A stretch of 47,024 nucleotides of DNA from Catajapyx aquilonaris (lineage: Eukaryota). Location of the stretch: NCBI GenBank assembly GCA_000934665.2, contig JYFJ02003042.1, forward strand, positions 1 to 47,024. Reading direction: 5' to 3'. The notes beneath the pieces are model-generated. The model ran no database searches and was not told the origin of the DNA. It saw only the letters and a list, made by a program, of their open reading frames with translations. Positions 34,301 to 47,024 of the stretch are shown piece after piece. Both the position numbers and the translations under genes were made by a program. Each line of letters begins with the position of its first letter. Within the stretch, counting starts at the first letter, position 1.

Positions 34301-37300
34301 ACTCCAATCCTCCTCTGAGAATGCTATCAGCTAACCTAATCCCTTTTCTGGCCTGATCCGCACAAAACTGTAGGGAATTGTTGGGGAAATGCCCAGCTCG
34401 GTTTCAATTCCCTTGGTCAAGATGGTCGCTAAAGCCGCAATTATTGAAAGGCCAACTCTGTGTCTGACAGCAACCATTGGTCCTGTACGCAAACAAGTCC
34501 ATAGAAAAATGTTACATGTTATGCAATATAATCCGACCTGTTTTTGTTCATACAACTATAACACTACTGTGTGACTATGACAGGACCAAAGAGCATATAC
34601 TATATAGTTTTATAAGCTCTTTGGACAGGACTGAAAGCGAAGTCGACTCACTGTCCATCATATCTGAACTTTTTGGCTCCAGCAGTGTAGAGTTGGACGC
34701 TGGAAAAGATGATTCCGACCAGCCAGATGCAGGAGATGACAGTAATAGAGCGGTCCTTTGTGAGTCGCATCTTGAGAGGACGCATGATGGCGAAATATCT
34801 GGGGGAAAACCACATCAAAGGGGGAACAAGTTCTTAGAAACCCCAGACTATTGCAATGCCCTAGAAGCAGGTATCTAAATTGCTAATTTTAATTAGCAGC
34901 CTGCAATTATTATCAAGGTGCAACCTTTATTAAATAATGTGCTACCAGAATGCCTTATAGTGAAGTGTGGACACGTATTTGGATTCGGTGTGACCCGGTT
35001 TGAATGTAAAATGAGGCCTCTGGATCTTGCTATTCCGAGCACAGGGATTGGATGAAAGTTTTGCGATAGGAAGACGACTATGTAATAAAAGTGTGTCTAG
35101 GGAGCGAGATGAGAATGCGGAATTTGGGGAGTCTTACCTGTCTATTCCGATAGCTGTGAGGGTGTAGACACTGACAGTTACGGCCACGTGTTGCATGAAG
35201 ATTACTATAGGGCAGAAGGTCGGATAGAACACCCATCTTCCAAGCATGAACCTGGAAAACATAAATTTTGACTTACCTTTGTTTAATACCCCCAAAGACA
35301 TTCGAAAATGAGCATTAAAACAGTTAAAAAAATCACAATTCAAATTTAATAACGAGAAAATATAAACATCAAAATATAAATTTATCTTCAAAAATCTGAA
35401 TTGTGAATTGAAACACTGTCAGCAAAATTTGGCATATTTAAAAAAAAAAATCCAGCCAAAATATTTGTCAAAAAGTCAAGTACCATTTTGTTATGTAAAT
35501 TCGTACAAGAAAATTTAAGCCGAAACTAGCCACATTTTAACCTGCTCTATATCGAACCGTTTAATGTCTATAGTGGCCAATATTACACCTATGAACTAAT
35601 CAGCTCGTAAAATCGTCCTTAATAAATTATTAAAGCTAATGCTGGAAATATGGTTCGCATGTTCCCACAGCGGCATTGGAAATGTAGCATTGTTGCACCC
35701 TTCCGTGCAGATGCAAATTATGCAGATTAATATTGATTTTAACCTACATTTTTTTCGCCTTTCATTTTCTTTTCTGTTCTGAGAAGAACATCCCATTTTT
35801 CCACCCCTCTCTTATTCTCCGGTAATAAAAGAGCTCTGGGAATCGATTAATTGCCCTAATTGGTTAGGATAGAGACGCCGGCTGAATAAAGTGGGAGAAG
35901 TCCGGATTTAGAACCGAGTTTTCTACCTGCAAACAATGCTTCTCATATCCTTTTGTTGCAACCTTTTCGCTCCTTTCAAGGTGCACTTAGTAAAAGAAGG
36001 TTAATCCATTTTCACTGCGGCTTCATGTAATGCAGAAGAGACAGCTTTATTCTTCTGCCCTCCGATGAAAACTATGTTTTTCTGCTACGTTGATGAGATA
36101 TGACCAGATTCAAGAGAATTGACACAATCGTACAAAACTATATCTATATACCCTACTGTGATGACGATTCCTCCCGCTGTGTACGACCTACAGCATTGGA
36201 AGTTATGTAAAAAATTTAGCCCGCGTTTTCTATATTTGCAATAAACATTTTTTTAAAGGAAATAGTGTCCAGGGAATTCATAAAGCGCCAAAAACGCATA
36301 CCACTTAAAACAACAACCACCGCGACCTTTCCACGGAGTTGCCATAAACGCCGTTCCGGGCGCGGGGCGCCACCTCCTGGGTGGCGACTCGCTTACTTCG
36401 GCACTTGACCGTCGGATGCCGCTGCCTGGTCCCTCTCTCTCCACTTTCCCCATTTTGCCTAATTTATTGCCAACTTTTGGCAAGTTGGTGCCTAGTTAAT
36501 TTTTAATTGCGACGTCACGAGAGTGACTCAATTACTGCTGTTATTTTGAGGCTGCATGGCATAATCTTTAGGGAGTATGCTTGTGAACCACGCGGTTTTA
36601 ACAGTTCAAACGTAGCTCTTTAATAATTTATCCAGACTGGAAGGCAAGGGAGTTTGGCTGTCCTCTCATGATACTGTATAACCTTTATTGTTATTATTCT
36701 TTTCCTACAGTACATCAGCTCTCCTCTTTAAAATGCATAGGTGCTCAGAGCCTACAATATTTTTGCAATTTGCCTCAGGCCAATATGTAAGTCAATGTAG
36801 ACCTTACGTATAGGCGGACCGGATCGTTCACTCCAGCAACCAGCAACACTCACGCCAAATTGATTTCTGAAAGATTGAAAACTGGTTGCTGGAATGAACA
36901 TAACTTGTACAGTGCACTCGAGTCCGGAGAGAGAAGCTTTTAAACCCTGATCGCGTCTGTATTGTCTATGCCGAAGCCTTTGGGAGCAAAGGACTGGCTT
37001 TTCCGGGGGACCCGATGATGAAAGCGTTGTAGGAAAAGTTAATGGATCCTCTGTACAAAGGGGGAAAGTACTTACGTGGTGTAAGTGAATGGGATGCAAA
37101 AGAGGGCCATGATGATGTCCGACACGGCCAGGTTGATCAGGAAACTCCGGAGTTCTCGGGATGATCTGGAAGAACAATCCAATATTTTTTTGTACTCACC
37201 GTCATTTAAATCGGAGGAATACTTTATGTACAGACATTATCTATATAAAAAGTAGTTTACGAGAAAATTGTCATCAAACAGCCAATCATACGATGGAAGT

Positions 37301-40300
37301 GTTGTATAGATCGTTTTCCTCACTGGATTAGTGCTAATTATCTCCATGACATATCCGCATGCGGTGTGATCCTCATGCAGAAGTTTGTTGGTATCATTAT
37401 GACACACCCTACATATATAGAATCTAGTTGGAAGATGATTATATGAAGCGGTGATTTTGCTGCCAAAGGGACGGATCGAGATGGATCTAGATCCCATTCA
37501 TTAGAGAGAGACATGTCCCTCCAGCCAAGATAGATGCTGCTGCGATTTGTGGGGGGGTTTTAGCAAGCGAATCGCGAATTTCCTTGCTGGAAATGGGGTA
37601 GGCCTGCATTGTTACAGGATCATGCTCAATCGTAGAAGGATTTTCGTGCAGACGTTGGCAGCACACGGATTTTTGCTACCGCACGTGCAAAATTCGGTCT
37701 TTCACTCGGAAGATTTATTTTTTCCAGCACTTTTCTCTCTCTCAAGGACTTGAAAATGGTCGTATTGTTCAGGTCTCTGTCCCACAATATTTTTTGGGGG
37801 GCTATTACAGGAGAGCCGAAAAATATTTTTCTACTACAAAAAATTAGACAATTTGAATGGCACCTCGTTAATAAAAGTTGCGTGCAACTGTTACTGCAAG
37901 AGGAAATATTTTTTCCTGAGAATTATTGGCAGAAAATGAATTTGCCGAGATGCAGTCCTTTAGCCAAAGAACGATCTGACGTCACACCAGTCGTGTTTTC
38001 TGAGCGTGCGCAGTAGCATGCTTACTTTTGGGCGCGTGATTGGAGGGAAGGGCCGGGTAGAGGCGGGGCTGAACGTGACATATCGTTCTTTGAGTTCTGA
38101 CGTCAATGTTCGTTAACTTCTGACGTCACTGTTCGTTAATTGTTACAGTTACACTGTCGACAACTTGACGCCAGTACTCAAGGTGTACAGTGCTGGACAT
38201 TAATTCCATCATACTACTAGCGACATTTTCCGATGCGGCAGACTTGCAAATCGAAGTGAGCCAGTGACGTCACTCAAGGGCTACCTCTTCTTACTCGCAC
38301 GGCTTACATTCTATATAATTATATCACTTTGATTCGCACGTATGCTGCATCAGAAAATGTCTGAAGCAGTATGACGCGATTAATGTCCAACACTGTACAC
38401 TGGTATATCCTACGTGCTGAAAATGTTATTAAAAACTGCATCGCTTTCAAAATTTAATAATAGCATGGACACATTAATTTCACGTTAACTCCGGATTTTT
38501 TCTGGAGCAATCACTGTCCCGACATCCGCTTATTGAACCCTATTTGCAGTTGCAATTTCGCGGTTTAAAGGCGCACCCGACCGTGGATGACGTGAATTTG
38601 TCCACCCACCTAAATCCGCCCACCCATATTGAAGTGTCCAGTGTAGTCTCTCTTTGTTGCAACCAGTGCTAATCTCGTGTTTGCCGGGGTCCCCACCTTT
38701 GTCGGGTGACTCGACAAACAGGTGTTGCCGACCACGAATGCATGGGGCTGTTGTGTCATGTGTCATTTAACCCTGCTGGCGTGAGGACATCACGTCAAAG
38801 TCCTGCTGCGGGATTCATTGGGCGTTGATGATGAAAAGGGGTTTGGGTTACTGGCTTTTGCTGCTTTCAGGCTTCCAATAACAAGTGGATGTTTTTTAAA
38901 AAAAGAGTGAGTGTAGAATCATTATGACACACACTGTACAAAAAAAAAATTTGCCCAATCCGCCATGTGTGAAGTGGATTCGAAATTTTCAGGACGAAAT
39001 TTGTGTAGGATTTCATGCATGTAGGCGTACTGTTGGTTTTTGCTTGTTTGACGATAAATAGAACCGACATGTTGCGAAAATAGTATGGAAAAAAAGCGAG
39101 GGCAGAACAATGCATTGTCAATGGCAGTGAAAATAATGTAAATAAACAGCAGGAAACCTGCTATATACATGACGTTAAGGCATTGCATTGTGACAAATTG
39201 GTCAACAATAGAGGATATCGTATGCTCACCAATAAATAAAACTCAACAGTACATGCAATTACTGATGTTTTTTTTGTATCACAGAAATGTCAAAGTGAAA
39301 AATTGAATTCAGGGAGAAAGCTAATATTTGTAACTAAAGCGTTACTGGAATTTACCCACTGTATTTTGGCAATCTCTCAAAGTCTGACTTTAACCGGTGA
39401 GGCCAACTTTTCACTGCGTATTAACTACAGCATACATGACATGATATTGATTTAAATCGGGCTTACCCTTGTTGAAAATGAGAGATCGCAAATTGTCGCG
39501 TTCATCACGATATTAAATTATTAGTTTGCATGAACAATTATCCGGATCCCAGACTTTGAGAGATTATTGTTGAAACCTCGACAGTGTGAAATTAGTCCCA
39601 TCATTTAAATCAGCTCCAAGCTTAATTACATGCAGCTTACTACTTATTTTTTAACACTTTCTGTTGCCGGTCACTACCCCCCCCCCAAAAAAAAAAAATT
39701 GTAATTAAATTTTGCGCGCCATGAAATTAATCCGGATTGGTTATTCGGCCAGGAGCAGGAACTTTACTAATTTTGTGATCGGTATATAGAAACAAACATG
39801 TTCAATGATCGATCAACATGACTTAATCCGCCTCCGGATAGTGTTTGCCTGGATGTAATTTTCCAGGAATATTGTGACACCCCGGAAGGGACCCAAAATG
39901 GAGGAAGACCCGAGTGCAAAGAGGCATACGAAACAGGAAATTGGATGATCTCTAGANCCCCCATCTTTCTCGATAACTTCTAAACTTCGTAAGGTAAGGG
40001 TTTGGCCCTCAAGGGTTCCTCTTCTTACAAGTTTGCCCCTCCTGGAGAAGCTCTTCTGCTCCATTAGACCATGTTTACGTTCTGATTAGCGTGCGAAAGT
40101 TATAATTGCAGCACTATCTTCGGAAGTTAGTGACGTCACGTTGGATGAGCAAACATTTTGCAAAATATTCTATTTAAAAAGGGCCGAGTAAATTGAAATG
40201 TTGCCAAGGTTAATATTTTGCTCGTCCCCAAACAGATAAAACAATAAATTCAAACAAATTGAAAGCATTTTATCAAAATAAAATCCGGAACAATTGAGTG

Positions 40301-40991
40301 GCGAATATAACAGCTCATTAATCTCATTGAAGTGATGAATTGGCTTGAAAAGTGCGAACCCATAAAAATGGCAATGAAGTGCTGTATACCCATCCCGATT
40401 TTATTAATCATATGCAATAAAACCAGAACCGGTTCGGAAAGAGAAGTGTTGGAAATCTGATAACAATTTTCGCACGAAGCCGGTCATGTTCGCGATTTTT
40501 TTTTCTCTCTCTCTCTCGCGAATATATGCCTCATTCTAGCGCACACTTTTATCGCATTACATTTTTCCAGGGGACTCGGTTTCCCCCAAACTGCCAACTC
40601 GGTGTGAATTTCAAAGTTAATTCCCGTGGCATAATTGCATCAATTCCAGTGGCCTTCCCCCACAGTCTTTTGTCGCCTTTTTTTTAAACGTATAGTACAT
40701 TAAAACTAATTTTATGAAAACGTACCGGGTTCCGCAGGCGAGGACAGTGATGACCGTAATGTTGCCAGCCAGACTTAGAAACGTGGCTAGAGAATACACG
40801 CAGATTAGAAGAATTTGCATCTCGTTTTCGACCACTTCTAGTGACGGATAGTCGATGTCCAGAAGCTCCAGAAGAGTATCGTGGTCCGGTATGGTCAAGT
40901 TGACCCCGCTGATGTTGCCATACTTCCTAGCCCATAGTTCTGCCAATCCCAATTTTAGCTGAGAAATCGGATGAGGAGTTGTTGCCGTCAT
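31323..40991 (-). CDS. Class A neuropeptide GPCR of the tachykinin/leucokinin/RYamide/GPR83-related group (~466 aa)
   Basis: Exons 40726-40991, 37076-37165, 35138-35251, 34652-34798, 33061-33265, 32777-32998, 32532-32670, 31323-31540 (1401 nt, GT-AG, in frame). 7TM motifs: GN (TM1), FLINLAVSD, LGRWVFYPTFCP, SVYTLTAIGIDRY, ECQEEW, TPGNANAKRD..KRKVIKML, CWLPLH, HWLAMSNSFVNPIIY. N-terminal sequons NIS and NLT; Ser-rich tail. An acceptor 2 nt before the ATG implies a further upstream exon. Confidence 0.92.
38188..38395. mobile_element. Second (internally deleted) copy of the CAGTG MITE, in intron 1 of the GPCR
   Basis: TA-CAGTGCTGGACATTAAT ... ATTAATGTCCAACACTG-TA; shares the agccagtgacgtcac..aagggctacc..ttcttactcgcacggct core with 367-633. 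Confidence 0.85.
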
Positions 40992-43582
40992 TGCTGAAAA
41001 TCAAATCAAAACACTTTAATAGTTTTAAAGAGAAGTGACGCATTGACATAAACTTGGCCAGATCTAGAACCGGTTCACTATTCGGCAATACATAATAATT
41101 TGACATTGACTTCGGGTGAATGGATCGTTCTTCTTTACGTTCAGAAACCTTTGCAATTTTGTTGACACGGCCATCCCGAAAGCTCCCGGAAGCTTTCAAC
41201 GAAAACAGCATTCGTTCGATGCGCCATTTTCTCCTTTTCCAGACGCCCAAGCTCGTTTTTTTATACAGTGTATAACTGTCTTTTTGAATTCCAGGATTGG
41301 AGGACAACCTGATGTTTCTAGCCCTTGAAACATTGGCTGATAAATCAAGCGAATGGAAATTTTTTATTTGATCAAAAGTCCCTTTTCGCTTGACCTGCAT
41401 AATGTCAATTGAATATTTGGGTCACTTTTGTTGGAAGAGCCTTTATTTGAAGTCAAACTATAGGCCATTTCGATCTGCCTATGTGCATGAATGTCAAAAT
41501 TTTAATGGTACTAATATTAGTTAGGTATCTAGGATACAGCCACATTTTTCGTAACGATTGCTTCTAATTTGCATGAAGCCGACTTTCGAACTAATTTGAA
41601 CACACTTCGTTAGAATGTGACTGTTGCGTTTGAAGTGCTCTGAAGCCAAATGAATAGCAGATGACGTACATATTATTTAATGAATCATTGCAATCAGGCC
41701 AAGCATAATTTATTGATAAGGCAATTTTAGGCAGCCACATTTTATCATAATTGATTCCTATACATATAGAGCAGTGGCATGGAAAAGGAGGCCAGGTTTT
41801 ACATAGTGATGTGCAGGTTATAAGCAAACATATTTAAAATAATAAATTCGTGCATAAATGAACAAGTAGGCTACATTTCATATTTGAATTGAACAAACAC
41901 CTCAATTTATTTATTCTTTTGAGTTGAACAGGCATTATTCAAATAGACGAAAATTTTATTTACGAATTGACTGATCAAGTTAGTTAAAAAAATTTATCAA
42001 TTCAAAAGCAAAGTGCAGTGCAAAATATTTTATAGGGCGCAACATAAAAAAGCAACATAGACACCAAATATTGCGACATAACATGTAGTGATCACAGAGT
42101 AATCTCCTACATCTCATGAGACATTTTGCGTCGTTCAGATCTCATCGCTTTGGCAGGAAAGATCAATCTGCACTCACCCCAATATTCGGCAGAGTTCCTC
42201 GCAAAATTCACCAACGAATAATTCACACGCGACACACCCACACAATAATTTTTGGCACAATGTTATCACAATAGTGTCCGAGAAGAGAGTGAATTGACTG
42301 CCGGGTTATGGCACAAAGAGAAGGAATTGGTTCGGGAAAAACGGTTTTCCTCTCCCGGGTTGCATGTCACATCGGTCATGCGCCATACCAGGTATCCCCC
42401 CCAACTTCATACGTCTACCCTATCCCCCGCCAAATCGCCGCCTGTTGCTTTCTACCCATCTTACCCGCATGTAGTCGTAACCTTGACTCACCTTTATTAC
42501 AAACTATAATATTTCAAGTGCAAGTGCACATAATCAGCTTAGTAGGCCCTACTTAAAAACATCTATTGAAATTCACACCTAATTTGACCGAACTCAAGTC
42601 ATATATTAGTTATAACTATTATTTAATAACTATAAAATAGCTAATGAAATTCACACTTAATTTTGAACAATAAATTTGGACATTAATGGTGATGGATAAT
42701 GAGACGGAAGAATATTTCGTGAAACGCAATATTGTACATCTATCGTATTGAAATATTTTTAAATGTTGTGTCCATCAACTACCATTGCGGGTTATACGTG
42801 GGTTATACATAAGTGATGAGTGACTTTTTGAGGGTGTTGGCTTGAGGTAAACTTGCGGCAAACAGAGTCAATGTTGTGCCTCAGTTTACTGTTCTGTAAG
42901 CTGAGTCACTTCAAACAGATTACAGAAGGATTTGCTGGGTCGGAAATGGACCACTCGGATTTATTCCTTTGTTGGACGGAACTAACCTATAGTAATGCCA
43001 AAAAAAGGACAATGTGTGTAGATTATTATTATTATTAGCGAGAGCCGAGATGTGATTAGGCTTGTTTATGAAATATGGGAGAATTCGGATGGAATGGGCG
43101 AAATTAGTTTAGGCCAGAAAAAAATGCATTAAATAATATTACAGTATTACGGTACCAAGACTGAAGAAGTGAATTGCGCATTTGGTACGTAATAAAGGCA
43201 GCCATTTACACTCTGCCAGAAAAATGGCGCCTTAATTAATTAATCCACGCTGTGAGTCATATATCTTCATAGCCAGAGGATATTATACCGGTATGTTATA
43301 ATTAGCAAGTAACAGAATTGCATTTGCACATCTCTCACCTCTCCGGTTGTAATGGTTTAGCTTATGTAATTGTGGAAATTGGAATCGTCTGAGGTTCGTG
43401 GCAAAATCTGTCACCTTCAGTATAAGATCTAAGTAAATTAATTACCAGTGTCAGCTACAACGCACATCTCAAATCTAGCCGCATCTGGCAGTGTAACCCA
43501 AGGTTACAAGGTGAGCACTTAATTGCGTAATTAGTAAGGTTGTACATTGAACTGGGTTAATTTAGCCATGGTATTATAATAA

Positions 43583-43810
43583 CTAGAAAAACCCTCGCTT
43601 CGCTCACTGGGTGCGGGGGTGGGGAGGGAGCGATATAGATCGTCCAACCCACAACGAACGAATGGATGGTTCTTCCTCCCACCCACCAGAGGCGCTTCAT
43701 CAACACCCATTACGCCTGCGCAGAACGGGAGTCAATCGGAAGCGTCGCTGTAACACAATGCAGCGTCCAATCCGAAGCCATAACCATACAACGTGAATAA
43801 GATTTTAATA
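43583..43810 (-). mobile_element. Possible non-autonomous Helitron-like remnant
   Basis: The minus strand ends ...CCCAGTGAGCGAAGCGAGGGTTTTTCTAG|T, a GC-rich hairpin-like segment followed by CTAG and a T, as in Helitron 3' ends. The other boundary is uncertain. Confidence 0.3.
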
Positions 43811-46800
43811 TCTTGTGCTACAATACTCTTTAAATAAAGAATTATTCACTTTTTGGCCTAAATTCGTCAGACATTTTTCAAAATAAACATAATCTCTGAA
43901 AATCCTGCTACCTTATACGACTATAATAGGAGCAAGATGTAGAATAAATATGGCACGATACATACGCCCAATACTGGCAAACACTTCTCCAGGGCTCTCC
44001 CTTATTTACTTGTTTACATAAGATCCTCCAATCTAGTTTGCTCGCGATCGAGCCTCTTGTTGAATGGAAACCTCGCAAAAAGAAACTAATCTGCTTATCG
44101 CCAAACGGAGCGTGTTGTGACGTCAAGATGGCGTCTCGAGTTACGTTCATGTTCTGTTAAAGTAAAAAAAAAAAACATGTGTATTTGCACACTTTTTTTT
44201 TGCCTTTTCTCCAGAGTACTTTCTGTAATCAGGTTTCGCTCTCGCGAAATAGGAACTCTTTTTTTTCGCAAAAAAAGACTTGAAGCGCAGGTCTCTTTAC
44301 TCGATTCGAAGTGAACCCACTTTACACACAGAAATGGATCCTGTGGAAGGCACCCCGTGTACACAATGACACTTTTTTTTGGTCGCACGTCATAACGTTG
44401 ACCGTTAATGCATGCGTAGCACCAGAGTTATTTCAGGCGGTTAGCGCAAACATTATGAGGAGCGATTAAAACCTTAATTGGTGGATCAACATGGGGAATA
44501 TTTTCCTCCCTGACGTGGAGACTCTGGAGGCTTTTTTTTAAACGAAAAAATGGCCTACAGTATATGGCGAGAGTGAATCTATCTTTTAATAGAGAGAAGC
44601 CAGAGGAGGGAATTAGCGGATCATGCTGGAATTGGCCACCTAGGGTCTTTCACGCCACAAATCAGAAGGTCTATTCCAGTTAAAAAATTTGTGTAAGATT
44701 AGCACTAATTAGTGAATCAAACTTGGCAAAATTTCCTATTGTCCACATAGTTACTACACTTCTTTCATAGATGGCGCATCCTCCCTCTCTGCACAATCTT
44801 GACACTTTCAGGTCGGGCAAGGGGTAGTGGTACTATCAGCTCGGACAAACGAAACTGAGCCGATTATTATGATATACCAATAATTGCAAAAATTCGTGAG
44901 CAAAAGTTGTCCCATATGTTACATGCGTTTTCATATTGTATGGCTGGGCATAAGACGCAGTTTCTTCCTCCAACAACAATATTGTTCTGCGCAGTGTGTG
45001 TGCAGCAAGAATTCTCCATTAAAGTTGGCCAGATTTAAGCTCTATATAAGCTCGAGGGCCTTTTTAGCGCAGAAACCAAGCCTGAAGGAGGATTTTGTTG
45101 CAGCGTAAATTATTAGCTGTTTTACTTTCAGCTTTTTTTTTAAAAAAAAAAAAATGAGGGTGCTTGTGGATTATTTGAAATCAGATGTGACTTTTGCTTA
45201 TTTGTGGCAATGCAGTACAGCATAGTTAACTGGATATGGAGAGATAAAAATATGGATTAAATGCTGGGCACCTTTTGACATTGGGTTCAGAACTTGAATT
45301 AGCAATGGCAAAATGGCTTTTGTTGGGGCCCCCAATTTAGCACTTTTCTTAAGAACAAAAGTGTGCCCTGGAGGCTGCGCGAAACTAACCAAGTCTGTTG
45401 TTCTTTCCCATCTTCCTCCAGGCACCAGATTTTCCAACCCAGAAATGCACTTGGAGGGTTCTCTTAGCTGTGACGTAACTCCTCTGTAACCTCAACGAAC
45501 TATAAGATGAGAGTATTAAGGAAACCTGTGTAACCTTTCATCTTTTTTATAGCCCTTCCTTGTACTGATCACTTTTTGAGGTCTTCTGGAGAGCATGATG
45601 GAACACATTATTATTATTTTTTTGTTGCTGACCCCCTTTTTTATACTGTATATACCTTAGTCCATTACTGGAATTGCGCGTCTTATTCAGTTACCTAGAC
45701 AACAAGGAGGGCCTATGGGGACAGCATGGAGGGATTATTATATCCACGATGCACTTTGCATCTCATGTTTGAGGGATGCGTCGGGGGTCGTTTCGCAAAA
45801 AAAAAAAAGTTATGTAAATCCAGAAATTTGGTACATTTGGAAGCTCTGTTTCGAGATCGTGCATTCACATAATTTAGCGGTAATGGCCGACCATAAGTGA
45901 TGAGCTAAATTTACTTTAGCAAGTACTGAGCTGTCTGGAAAGTATAATTAGGACAGTAGTTGCTTCTGAAATTTGAGCAGTGTAGCGTAGCCTACACTGT
46001 ACATAGGGGGGGGGGGGGAAACAATTTGCAAGCCATGCACTTTATTAGTAGTCTGGTCTAGAATTTTGTCAAAAGAATTTGCCCAGTAATCAGCGGTCGC
46101 GTTTGTGGGCGGTCATGACGTCATTTCATTGCTAACTAGCTAGTACAGTACTGGTACGTGAGTTTCTAGCCAGCGTATGATCTAAGGCTGCATTACCATA
46201 CACACACACAAAAAGATTTTTTTTCAGAGCTTGCAATTAATGAGCTGAATTTGAAAGAACCGCTCCACTTTTTTTGATGATCTGAATTATTTTTTTTGCA
46301 ATTACTATAGTTGAGCCCTGCAGGGGAATTTGCGGATGGGATTGAATCCTTCGGCTTTTCATTTCGGATTCGTCAAGTTTTTTTCCTGGGCGGTATATAT
46401 AGGATCGATATTGCTTAATGTCGGGGTTTCCTCATGGTACCTTTATGACTGCAGGGTGTCTTAAAAAGTAATGGATTAATGGCTGAGTTTTGTCAGGCGA
46501 AAGTATAGGTTTTGTCACTCTAAAAGAATCGGCAACTGCTACTTTTGCTGACTTGTAGCTAATTAAGCAAACAACTTATGACTTTGTTGAAAAGTTCCAG
46601 ATATCAAAGAAAGGTTAAGTTTTTTTTTTGGGAGGGAGAGCTGCTGGCTAGTTGAAGATTTTTTGTGGGACACCCAGTTCCAAGTCCACAATTTCACGGC
46701 GTGAAGTGTACCTGCCAGTTCCAGACTGGTTTCCATCACAAATCCGGTCCTGACGAGGCTCCGGATTTTTTTTAAAATCCTCTGTAATGACAGCTAATCA

Positions 46801-47024
46801 TACGCAAACTAACCCAAGATTTTGAAATGATTGGTGTCGGGTTAAAATAAATAGCTGCAGGAATCACTCTTGCTGCTGGTAAAAGACTATCGATATACTT
46901 TCCGTCACTTTAAATGGTAAACAGAGGCCTGCATGTGCCTGTATTAAAGGAAAAAAAGTAGTATTGCTCCTTGATAAGCCAATGAACACTCCCAATGTGA
47001 CTGGTGATATTGCTGGAATAGTAT

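Noticed and set aside
39820..39998. Open + strand frame ending at a strong AAG|gtaagg donor, containing the single N at 39957
   Set aside because: No convincing acceptor or start, no recognisable motif, and the N marks assembly uncertainty.
41000..47024. Short ORFs, including 40927-41400 (157 aa)
   Set aside because: Low-complexity A/T-run translations with no family signal. The region is probably GPCR 5' UTR, intron or upstream DNA.
1..47024. Prokaryotic systems, CRISPR arrays, rRNA or tRNA genes, autonomous transposase or RT ORFs
   Set aside because: None seen. The genes are spliceosomal-intron-containing animal genes, and the repeats lack repeat-spacer structure.

Overview
Intron-rich eukaryotic DNA, most likely from an arthropod (pancrustacean or hexapod-type; the species cannot be determined from the sequence). 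All gene models were assembled by hand from splice sites and reading-frame continuity. Left to right: (1) two tandem minus-strand Ionotropic Receptor co-receptor genes of the IR8a type. Paralog A runs from ATG 7768 off the left edge; paralog B (9168-14729) is complete, with 14 exons and about 869 aa. (2) A divergent three-exon DUOX maturation factor (DUOXA)-like gene on the + strand (3204-4836), nested antisense in a 2.7-kb GC-AG intron of paralog A and preceded by an RFX X-box-like motif. (3) A secreted His/Gly-rich protein gene, DUF4779-like (15392-17553, minus). (4) A secreted ~808-aa Pro/Tyr/Asp-rich protein with two 4-Cys modules and furin-like sites (24724-29017, +). (5) An 8-exon rhodopsin-class neuropeptide GPCR (31323-40991, minus). 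There are also several TA-flanked MITEs, hairpins and tandem repeats. The most unusual configuration is a duplicated IR8a pair in which both copies lack the Asn sequon of the co-receptor extra loop, one copy hosting an ER-maturation-factor-like gene. Any functional link between these is only a hypothesis.
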